64,000 nucleotides of DNA from Lingula anatina (taxonomy: Eukaryota > Animalia > Brachiopoda): NCBI GenBank assembly GCA_051362555.1, contig CM120640.1, positions 64,272,788 to 64,336,787 of the forward strand, given 5' to 3'. The notes beneath the pieces were generated by a model that was given only the letters and a program-made list of their open reading frames with translations, had not been told where the DNA came from and made no database searches. Both the position numbers and the translations under genes were made by a program. Below are positions 1 through 12,200 of this stretch, in pieces (the stretch's first letter is position 1; each line of letters opens with the position of its first letter).

Positions 1-263
1 TGTCAATGACTTGAATAGGGTTTGCCAAAATTCCTAATTCACTGTGTACCAATTGGTTTGTGAGACTTATCTGATGCAAGTATACATAACCGATGGCTTA
101 AATGTACCTTGCTATAAGCTACCAGTGTATAGAAAGGTAAATTAAGGTCCTTTAGAAAAAAAATCCTAGAAAAAAGGCTGTATTTACGGGATGCCGATCA
201 TATCCAGCTTATTTGAGAACACGCCCATGAATGCTAACAACAAATTCTCTTATTCAACTTAAG

Positions 264-3200
264 GACCTATGGTATGGTACCAGAAGTTCGAGTACGCCAT
301 CGCTCATTGGTTACAGAAGAGTGCGGAACATGTTCTTGGATGCGTTCTGTGCAGTCCTGGCTGCTTTAGTTTGTTTCGTGGGTCTGCGTTGTATGAGGTG
401 AAGGATATTTACATGCAAAAATCTGAAGAAGCTCTACATTGTCTTCAGCACGATCAAGGTATGATTCGTGAAGTTTTTTATATAAAAAAGTTAGTCGTTC
501 TACCTGACTCAAGTTAAGATTTCAAATTTATTGATTGTATTTGGGGAAGTCATAGTAGTAACATCCGTACTATACGTAACAAAAGAATTTCATTTTTTTC
601 TATTGTTATGTTACGTCATTTGAACAATGGAAAACCTATAGCGAACAATGGGGAATGTTTACAAAATAAACAAACAATTTTTTAAGTAAACAAACAAGAC
701 TCCCTATTTTTGTTTACGTTTTACAATGGTAACGGATGACGTCACAGAACGGGCCTGGGCATGTCGGGGTAATGTTTACGTTTTGTCATAGCGACGGATG
801 ACGTCAAGCGCAATTCTTTTGTTAGGCGTGTTGCATGTTTAGGCGTGCAATTTGAAGGCTATATATGTTGGAATGGTCAAATCAAACTCCAATTCACTGA
901 CCTAAGTTGTACGTTCGAACATCAAAATGTCGCAGTTCTTCAAACTTGGTGAAGATAGTCTGTTGTCGATATGCAGAAGCAAACAGGGGGTCCAGTTGGT
1001 CGTCTTCAGCGATTTGAAAACGTTGAACAAGATCCGGATGCCTCGAGAAGCATGGGAAGATTTTAAAAACACCCTGCCTTCCGTCCAAACTGCTATGTCT
1101 ACCGATACTGAAATAGATGATCAGCTGGGGGAAAACTATAATGTCCGTGTGCTGTACGACATTGGTAAGGAGGAATCTGTGATGAAGCTAGCCTACGCAC
1201 CAGTAAGTGCGTCATATCATAGAAGTAGAGAAAATGGAATGCCAACTTCAAATCTCGCAGGCCGAGCTTGTGACCCCGAGAGTTGGGCGAGAGTTGGGGA
1301 GTTTCACTTCCGGTTTCCATGCCGCTGCATTCAACTCACGCTCTACATGTTTCAATAACTACTATTCATAGCGACTAGAGCTAGTTTTTACGATAATGTG
1401 ATTTGCTATGGCGTAAACGGGAGTCTGGACATTCTAACTGCAGTTTTTATGGTGTGAAAACGGAATCATTAAAACCCAAACCGCTTTATTTGGTGCGTGT
1501 GACAGAGTGTATTACCGAAGTCGAAGATACACGGAATATAATTTAGCAATGTAAGTAATAACTTTTGTATTTTAATACAATATTGTGTTTTTTAAGCGTA
1601 AATTTAAGGAGTGAGAGGCTCATTCATGATATGATCTGTCCTTGAATACAATGGTCGTCTGACGCCGATTGTTTTCCGTTTATCCCTCAAGTGTCCATGT
1701 ACGGTCTTCGAGAAATCTGTGAACTAAATGTCGTTATCCAAGCTGTTAATAAAAGCACAGAATATTTATACATATAAATATTACATATTTAGTTGTCCCC
1801 TTTTCATTTTATGCATTTGTACAAGCAAAATACGAACATGTTTAATAAGAAAAAATGGAAATATCAAAGTCATACTTGGAGTTGTGCCATACCACCAGAG
1901 GATCATTGCAACACTAAACTAGATCAGTTATAGCTGGTTATTACTCCTGGAGATATAGCTTCAACATATAATTAAGATATACCTGACTATGTAGGACTAA
2001 TAATAATAAAAATTTATTAGAAATGTAAATTTTTATTCTGTTCTTTTCAAGGGTGTCAAGAAGGAGTTTCTGTTGTGTTATTCTATGCAGTGCCTCTTCA
2101 CAGAAGTGCAAGGGTCTTTCTTTCCACAGCTTGCCTAAGGTAAAATTGAAGCAACACAAAATAATAATCAAGCAAACCATTTTATTATTATCTCTTTTGC
2201 ACCTTTTCACAGTTGAATAACTTACTTCTTTCACAATAATTATATATAAAACGACAATTTATTAAATCTCATAATGTTCAATATTTTACACCTTCATATG
2301 CCAGCTTTTGATTCCACAAAGAAACTCCCATTTCTAAGGCGAGTACAAGAATTAAGGGGGTACATGTATCTTTTCATATCCACAGGAGTGTCTGAGGTTT
2401 CAGACAAATGGAGAAGTCAGCTGATCCACTGCATCAACAGATGTGACAGCTACTTCAATCCTGAGAAAGTCAAGATCTGTTCAAGTTATTTTGAAGCACT
2501 GTTTCATTAAATGTATGTGTACATTCAGGCTGTATAATTGGGGGATGAATATTATCTCATGAAAGTTTATTGAACTCGATTGAAATGAATTAACATCCCT
2601 TTCACCTCCTTATTACAACTTAAATTCAACATTGCTGTTTGCTTACCAAATGAGGACTTATGTCTCGGTTTCAAAGCTTTATTTTTTACATCAGACATTT
2701 AGCAGTGCACACATGTATGGTGAAACTGATTGTAGTTACATACAAATTGAGACTATCCTTACTTTAAAATAGAAATCTATAAATTAAGAAATGTGCATAA
2801 TAAGGGCAGAATTTGTACATTTAGCATGTTATGTAGAACTAAAATGGCAGTCTGGAATAACAGAATTAGAGCATTGGAAAAATGTATCTGTATAGGAAAT
2901 TTTTTCCTAAATTTTTTTCATTTCCATCAACATAGGCTGCATTTGTAGTGATAGATGCAAGTCTGCCTTGTGACTTAGCAGCCTGCAATGTCTGCTTCTG
3001 GCTGTGTACTTTTATCTCCGAGTTGACTCAGTTTTTCCTTGTTATCACTTCCCCTTCATCTATGTTTCAGTTTGCTGACTACAAAAACCACCAATCATTA
3101 TAGTGTGTGATGTCTACCTCTGTCCGTTTGATGGAATCGACAACATTTTCTGCACTAGTAGGGCTGATGAAATGTGCATCCAGGACTTAACTGAAGATCT

Positions 3201-6200
3201 CAACTGCCAACCAGACTGCTATAATGTCTTGTATGCTGGTTGTAGCAGTGAAGATAGCTGACTGGGATGCCTCTCTGTTCAGCCTGGAGACCTTGGACTT
3301 CTTTACCAAACAGGGAGATATATATTGTCCCAAAAGGTAGCAGAAACCTGAAACTAAATTAGAACTGTATGCTAGTGATGCACGTTTTTTAAAAGTACTA
3401 ATGGCAGAGTACAACTAATTATGTCTGACTCCAGATTTTGACATATCCAAGAATATTGCTGTTTGAGAAATCCATTTCAATACGACATCTTTATTTTTAA
3501 CTATGGCTATGTAAAACATTGGCTTTTAAATGTATACTGACAGTCAATAAAATCATAGCATTTATTTATCAAATAATATTTTAAGTTCCTTTGGTACATT
3601 AAGAAAATGACAGTTTTCATGTGAAATATGACACATTATTCAGTCACACATTTCACTCTTTTATGACCAAAAGAGAGTTGGAATCGATTCTCATTAAAAA
3701 AAGGACAAGAAAGTTTTCTGATGCACTTTCACTGTCTGTCACCATATATTAAAGAATAATCCATAGTATAACATGAACAAGAGCTGAGAAAAAAATCGAG
3801 TATGCAGGCAAGAAAAAGTTACCATTATAATAAACTATGCAGGCAAGGAAAAGTTACCATTATTAAAAACAGGTTGAAATACTATTGTGATTAAGTTCAA
3901 CCCAATATTGCATTTACACTTTAAAATAAATTAATTGCACCAATAGTATTCTATGGGTCAGATGTATGAGGCTTCAAACTGTGTGAACAGGTGCTGATAT
4001 TATTTAAGGAAAATTTAAGGTGTAAAATCAAGCACTTCCAAATTAGCTATCTTAGGTGATGGCATCAGATAACCCATGGTTTGCAGCTAAGAGTAGAAAA
4101 AAAATTAATAATAATAATAATAAATAAATAAAATTTAAAAAATAATAAAATAAAAAAAATGAAATAAACAGAGGAGAAAATAACAAACTATAAAATGCTT
4201 TTAAAGATAGACGAGGCATGATGTATTACATGGAAAACAAGTAAAAACATTTTTATATAGTTTTGAAAGTTCGTGGTATAATTAAGGCACAGGAAATAAT
4301 TTATTTTTTGGATTTCTTGAACATTAGACTGAAATATTACCATGTTCAAGAGTGTATTAAACAATTGCAAAATATCTCTAAACTGAAATCATTGTATTTT
4401 CTAAATGTTTCAGCTGAAGATGCTTTATGTATTTATATCTGATTTCTCTAAATTAAACTGTTCTTATCATATACTGATGATTGATCAAAGTAGACAAGAA
4501 AACATTCCATAGAAATATAAAAATTTTATATGCAGGTCAAGAGTAAAATTCATTTGCTATTATTGTTATTATGTATGCAGTAACAGCTGTTATTGCTACT
4601 ATAACTGATACATATTTGGAACTTTGTAATTTTGATAAAAGCCTTGAAATACTGAAATAAATATATTCTTTAACAATGTACCTTTTGAAGTTTCCTTTTG
4701 CATATTTATAGCTGCTGTATGTCAACAAAATGCTGGATGCAGCTTTTCCAGGGATTGCTCCACTAATTGTGAGATTTCAGTCACCTGAAGTAGTAAATTT
4801 ACAAAAGCACTGTCAACAAATTATTTTTGTATTTGTATCATGTTTCATTATTAATGTAAATGCATAATATCTAACGAAAAGGAATGTACTGTACCAATTT
4901 CCATGTAACTATAAAATGTTTCATCATATAAAAATGTTCTCAAACAAAAAAAAAAAAAAAAATATTCAGAAAGATGGTTATTTTTATTTATTGCAACATA
5001 CTAGGGTGGTGCTACTGGTTGCGTGGTGCTCTGTACGGCGAGTTGCAGCATACTGAATCTCTCTTCAAAATCATCCTATAAACAGAAAATTTACTTAAAA
5101 TTTTGGAAAAAATAACTTACAACAAATACAAAATTTTAATGATAATGAATGTGAGTAGGATTTAACTTAATGAGGTGATTTAATATCGGTAGAAAAAATT
5201 ATTGGGTCGCCTTTTCCTTGGCAGGAAAATTGCTAGCAGCCTTGTATTTAGTTGTAAACAAAAGCATTAAATAGCAAATTCCCTAGTTAAGGGACAGAAT
5301 TTTATTCCGACTTTTTTCAAGTATGATGTGCAGTCAAACTACAGTTCACGGCTAGTACGGACTAATATTCCGTTGCTGTACAGATATATCATTACTTGAT
5401 CACGACAGGGAAAGTAAAACTCTGCCGGCTGTCCACGTGCTTTGTGTGAGATCGCTCGATTATCGTCGATTTTATCCACATGCTGCAATCCAGCTTCGTT
5501 TAATCAAGCTAAGAGACAGACTTACCTCCAATAATGTCAACTTCGAGGCCATTATTAATCAAATTGAACCAAAAATCTGTCAAAATGACGCTCAATTGTC
5601 TTAGCACGCCTGCTCCCCATTCACATGTAGTGCAACAAAAGTTGACCGGAAGTAAAACTACCCAACTCTCGCCCAACTCTCGTGGTCACAAGCTCATAAC
5701 ACAGAGGGCAATACAAATCTCGCGGGAGTTGGCATTCCATTTTCTCTACTTCTATGGTCATATGAAGCAATGTACGATGTACAATTTGACAAACGCACAT
5801 TGGAGACGTTGCTGACCAAAATGCCTGAAATCAATGCAGCGTTGGGTGAAATCCCACCGACAACAGTCAGCGAGGAGCCGGAAGAAAGTGATGAAAGAAT
5901 GTTTGGGGCCGAAAACGATGTAGAAGCAGACGTAGTATTAATACGTCTCATTTACGTGAAGTTGATCGTGCAGGAAATAGAGGCCATGCGTTGCAGGTAC
6001 TGTACTGGGTGTATAGCCGCGCACGGTTCCCAAAAGCATCACATGGATGGGTGTATGGCCGACTGGTCAGTTTCGGTACATGTGTACTTCACCAGGGCAA
6101 AAGCTGCTGTAAGTCATGAGGTAATACTGAAGGCCTACAAGTTAATGAAGAAAAAACTGAGACAACAAGAAAATCCATACATACTTTCCGTCATCATGAC

Positions 6201-9200
6201 TGCATCGTTGCTGGAAGATTTTCGGAAAGACGTGGAGGAACCGAGCCCCTGATACCGTCCTCGCTCGTATGGTCTACGATGTGTGCAAGATTGTATATGG
6301 CGAACATTTGTATAAGACGATAAAAAATCAGAATAAACTTTGAATTGAACAGAAAAAGACGCCGTATAATCTGTGTAGAATTAACCAAGTTTGTATGTAC
6401 ACTAGTAAGAAGTGTGCGATGAAAGAAGACATTTGATTGGTTGATTATGACATCATATCTAAAAATAGATTTATATGTGGAACGTTACTTTGATGTGATG
6501 AAGACAATTTGATAGTAAATAGTTGATAACAAACATTTCATTGATTAAAATAATATGTGATTCGATTGGTTGAAAAAATGTTATTTGTTGTTAGCTGTAA
6601 CGTGATTGGTTAGAAAAAATGTAATACCTTTTAAGAAGCAACATGATTGGTTGAAATAAACACACAGCTTACCTGAAAAATTACAAAAATGTGTTTGCGA
6701 TCATTTTTCTTTATACTGAGTAGACAGAATGGATGATGATCATCCGGAAACCGATTCCGAGTTGGGGGGTGTGCTATATGGACCGGTCATGCCATACGCA
6801 AAAGAAGAAGACCGAATTTTGAGTTTTCTGAATTGGCCGGGCAAACTACTTATCAACCCAATCCCTTTAGCCATTAGTGGATTTTACCGAGACCCACGAG
6901 CGTCTAGACACGATGCTGTGGTTCGTTGTTTTTACTGCGATTTGTATCTAAAGAATTGGGACCCGCTGAGAGATGCCCCAGATGTCGAACACGAACGACA
7001 CTCTCCTCAGTGCACGATGAGTACGGTTGGAAAAAGAATAAATCAACGATTTAATGTACCACTTACACCTAAAAAGCGATTTCAAATGGTTAGGCTTTTT
7101 GTGGTAGATGACACACTGCCCGTTGTACATACCGCCAGTACAGTGATGTCGCTACTAAATACCCATTACGATGAAACTGATGGGAACTATAAATAGAGAT
7201 AGGATAAAGAAAGAAATCATTTTGCTTGTTGGAATTGATCCATAATTGTATGAGAAAATGCCGCGTAAGAAAAAAACCAAGAAAGGGCAGAACAAAACAG
7301 ATGCATATCTGCATAGTTTGTATACCAACCCGTCAAACCCTGTAAGCTTTGGTGGCATGTTAAAACTGTATAATGCCGCACGAAAAGATGGTAAGAAAAT
7401 CAGTCGTCAGCAAATCAAAGATTTTCTAGCCGCCCAAGATGTGTATACATTATATGCACCGGTTAGGAAACAATTCAGTACAAATCGCGTCATGGTGAAT
7501 TATATTGATGATCAATGGCAGGGTGATCTGGCAGACCTCAGTAAAATAGCAAAATACAATAAAGGAATGAAATTCTTGTTAACCGTGATTGATATATTTT
7601 CAAAATACGCATGGGCAGTTCCAATCAAATCAAAATCAGCGGACAATGTATTAGATGCGTTGAAAGGCATTGTTTCCGAAGGCAGAAAGCCACTGGTACT
7701 TCAAACTGATGCAGGGACAGAATTTACAAATAGAAAATTTCAAGCGTACCTCAAGAGTCAAGGCATAGCTTTTTTCACAACAAAATCGGAAAGAAAAAGC
7801 TCTGTGGTTGAGCGTTTTAACAGAAGCATAAAGACCCGTTTGTACAGATATTTCACAGCAAACAGTACGTTAACGTATGTGACAGTCCTAAACGACTTGA
7901 TGACAGGATACAACCATGCAAAACATCGAAGCATAAAGATGGCCCCAATCGATGTGAATCCACGAAATGCAAACATTGTGTGGAAAAACTTGTATGGAAA
8001 AGTAAAAATAGGGAAGTCGGGGTTTAAATTTCAAGTAGGAGATACTGTAAGATTAAGCAAAACACGCACCCCTTTTGCGAAAGGATACGAACAGGGATGG
8101 ACACAGGAAATATTTACAATATCAGAAAGATTAAACAGAACACCTCCTGTGTATAAGGTTAAAGATTACAATGGAGAGCAAATCGAAGGTGTCTTGTACG
8201 AACCAGAAATGATTAAAGTTATTAAAACTGACGACGTGTATCGTATCGAGAAAATTTTAAAGACCCGTGGAAAGGGGAAAACTAGGCAGCTTTTTGTAAA
8301 ATGGGTAGGTTATGATGATCGTTTCAATACTTGGGTAGATTCGAAGGATGTACAAAAAACATAAATGTAACCGGTACCAGACAAAACACCTCATTTGAAA
8401 GGATGGCGTCGTCTTTTCATGTTATCTTACCGTCAAACAGCAGCTTTAAGTATTTCCCTAACAACAGATCTGAGACATTCCAAACAAAACTGTCATCGTC
8501 ACTTAATCTAGAAGGGGATTTTGAAGTCGCATTGGTCGAACTACAGTACCCATATTCGTGGAATAATATTCAGAACGGTGTCTTGACATATTACGACGGG
8601 GTAAAAACAAATACGTTAAACATTACTGCAGGGTATTATCCGACAGTTGGCGATCTAATAACTGCAATTCACGATCAGTTAACAGCTATTGGAAAAACAA
8701 ACATAACGTTGGGTTATAACATTATCAGTAGACGAGTTACAGTTCACTTGAAATCGGGGGCCTACATCGATGTTGCGGGAGACATGGCGACAATGCTAGG
8801 GTTTAAACCGAATGTCAGAGTTAATGCGGATACCATAGCCCCTTACCCTCCAAACATGACGTTAGGGTTCAATTCCCTCTACGTGTATACAGATATTATA
8901 CAAAATCAGATGGTAGGGGACGCTTCGGCAAATTTACTGAGGATTGTCATATTAATGGCGTTTACGGACAAGTGGTCACAAAAACATTTGACAATCCCAT
9001 TTACATCCCTCTAAATCGTCGTCATATTGACACAATTCGAATAGATATAAGTCGTGACACGGGTGAACTTGTGCAGTTTGATAGCGGGAAGGCTATAGCG
9101 ACACTTCATTTTCGCAGAAAGAGTTTATTATAAAAAATGGATCCTGTATACGTAGCGTTAGTAAAAAGATACGAAGCACAGGTGGGCGGAGGGTCCATTC

Positions 9201-12200
9201 ATAAATTTAGAGGTACAAGGGTACAATCACGAATGCAAAGAGGCAATGGTAGGTTATTTCAACCTAGACACGCTGAAATATTGCATGTACATAGACAGAA
9301 CAACCCGAAACGCACAGAACAACCCGCGGTAAAGAAGAAACGTAAAAGAAGTCGTACCCCGAAGTCAAAACTTTATGTTAATGGTGACGTCATAAGGAAA
9401 ACGTTAAACGCCATGACTATAAAAAAGAACAACACACCTAAAGCATCCAGAAGAGTAAAAGGTAGACGACCAAAACAGTCACGTTCATTCAAGGCACGAG
9501 AAACGAATTTTTAGACATGAATAACACTGAAAATGATCCCATCGTCAGAACTGAACTGGATATATTTTCGAATATACGCGATCATATGCAGACCGATCTG
9601 TTATCGAGCTATTTTGAAGAAGTGAGACCTCTCACTGCGGTTGCAGATGTGAGCCCCGTGATAGAATTTGTCATTAAAGGAACACCCGACGAATATATCG
9701 ATACGACGCAAATCAACCTATACGTTGAAGGTCAAATTGTTAAAGCAGATGGAACTGACATCGATGCAGGACAAAACACGTCAGTTGTGAATAACACGCT
9801 ACACTCCCTATTTACAGCGGTTGACGTAGAGTTGAATGACCATTTAATAACTGTGGGACAGAATACATATGCCTACCGCGCATACTTGGAAAATTTATTG
9901 TATTATGGGAAAAATGCTAAAGAATCGCTTTTAACGTCGGAAATGTATTACCGAGATACCGATGGAATGATGGATGACGTTGATGTAGACGGAGACCCAG
10001 GGAATGAAGGATTTAAGGCCCGTAATTCTTGGTTTCAAAGGAGCAGGAGGGTTGAAATGTATGGACCGTTAAAAATTGACTTAGCCACTCAAAACAAGCT
10101 TCTTCTGAATCAAGTGGACGTACGAATCAAGTTGCGAAGGACGTCGCATGCATTTTGCCTTATGTCGGACACGGGTGAACAAGAGCAATTTCTGATCAAA
10201 AACATATCCCTTTTTGTAAGGAGAGTCAAAGTATCTGATCGGTTGAAACTGGCTCATGAGAACATATTAGCCAAGCACGTAGCATGTTATCCCATGACTA
10301 GAAGGGAAGTCAAAGTTATCAATTTACCCAATGGTGTAAGAACGGCTCATATTTTGGACGCATGCCTAAACGTATTCTTTTGGCTTTGTTGGAAGATGAT
10401 GCTTTTTCGGGAGATTATACTAAGAATCCGTTTAATTTCAAACACAACGATTTAAGGCAACTTCGATTAATGGTGGCGGGGGAACAAATACCATTCAAAC
10501 CTTACAATTTTGATTTTAGTGTTCAAGGGGGGTTAAACTACTTAAGGGCGTATTATGATCTTTTGTCAGCAGTTGGAGCGTCAGACGGAGAGCACAGCAT
10601 CGATATTGATAGAACTCAATACCTAAATGGATATGTTTTATTCGCTCACGATCTTACCCCTGATCAAACCTTTGACAATTATATAACTCCAACAAAGCAG
10701 GGTTCGCTTAACATTGATCTGGAGTTTGGACAACAGATTAACAATATCGTGTTGCTTGTCAGGGCTGAATTTGATTCAGTTATCAAAATTGACCAACGTA
10801 GAAGCGTTTTTGTAGAATATTAAATATGAATACGAAGCAAATAGAATGCATTCTTCAGACTGATCCGGTTACGAGAACATGTTTCCAAGGGGTGTTTGCA
10901 TCAGACGCGTTGCCCAAAAAGATATGTACTTATCCAGCATGCCTCGTGGCTAATACGGATCCTCACGATAAACCGGGCGTGCACTGGGTTGCTTTTTACT
11001 TTGATGAACAGGGACACTGAGAGTTCTTTGACTCTTTTGCGAAATCACCTTATTATTACAACGCAGCTTTTAAACGTTTTTTAGACGAAAACTCTTTATC
11101 TGGGTGGAATTGTAACACTAGGACATTACAGAGCCTGTATACCAAAGTGTGTGGACAATACTGTATATATTACTTGATGAATAGATCTCGTGGAAAAAAA
11201 TTAGAACAGATACTTAGTAAATTCACCAGCGACAAACAATTTAATGATATATTTGTGTATGATTATGTTAATGCACATTGCAACATACCCTACTGTGTAA
11301 ACGCGTGTTTTCAAGTTTGTAGATCAAAGAAGTCACTAGGAATATTGTATTAAACACATTTATTCGAGTAATAATAAAAATACAGCTGTGCAAATATGTT
11401 TTATGTTATTATTTTATTTCAATATATGTTGAATAAAGATAGTTTAGATTTTACTACATTTCCCGAATCCTTCTGACTTGGCCTGGGAGCTGGTTTAGTT
11501 TTTGCTACATGTCCCGAGCCCATCTGAGTTGAACTGGAAGAAGTGTCCAACGACATAATCTGGTTGCGCCGCTTTACGTTTGAGATGTTATTCAGCGGTA
11601 CATTAAGACGTTTCAAACCCTTTAAAAATACAGTAAGCCCTGGCGGTTCGTAATTCCTACGGGGTACGTACAGATCGTTAAACAAATCTACTACATTGCT
11701 TCCTTCGTACACTCTACCATTGTATTTCAACTCCCCCTGATCATTTTACGACAGCACATTAGGTTGGTTAGACATGTATCTCAAAATTACGTTAGCTTTG
11801 CGACGCACACGCTGTGGTATTGCATCTAATATCTCGGCTTTAAGATGTAATACAGATCCAGCCTTTGACTTGACGGTGGGGGTTGCGGTTGCGTCAGCGG
11901 TGTCAACTCCAAGTTGTGCTTCTAATGGTTGTGACGAATTGTGCACAACAACTGCAACCGGTTCGCGTTTCCTCGCTTTACTCAGATATTGACTATGAAG
12001 ATCGTTGTAGATACTCATTTTTTCATCGAATGGTACATCGGTCCTTTGCAAAGTTTTCTTCATTTCATTTTCTAAACGTAGTGTTTCTTCGACAAAGGGT
12101 GAATAATTAGCGCTTACTCTCTGTTTCAAAGCATTCAGTTCGTTCTCGTTGATTAAGACCATTTTATTGAAGCCTGCCATTTCTTGTTATCGGTTTTAGA

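Larger units (their letters stand above)
927..6252 (+). pseudogene. Polinton ORF1 (~259 aa; C-terminal CxxCxGCxxxHxSQxxH Zn-binding-like motif), interrupted by a nested transposon
   Basis: Removing 1218-5763 joins ...AYAPVSASY (927-1217) in frame to EAMYDVQFDK... (5764-6252). TATA-like TATATAT at 860-866 upstream. Confidence 0.85.

Noticed and set aside
1218-1358. Shared peptides between ORFs 927/1099 and 5534/5694 (HRSRENGMPT, QLSPNSRGHKL) as a gene duplication
   Set aside because: They are translations of the nested transposon's inverted repeats.
11018-11020. TGA in the protease as selenocysteine or programmed readthrough
   Set aside because: It is not at the catalytic Cys, I recognise no SECIS, and neighbouring genes carry ordinary lesions.
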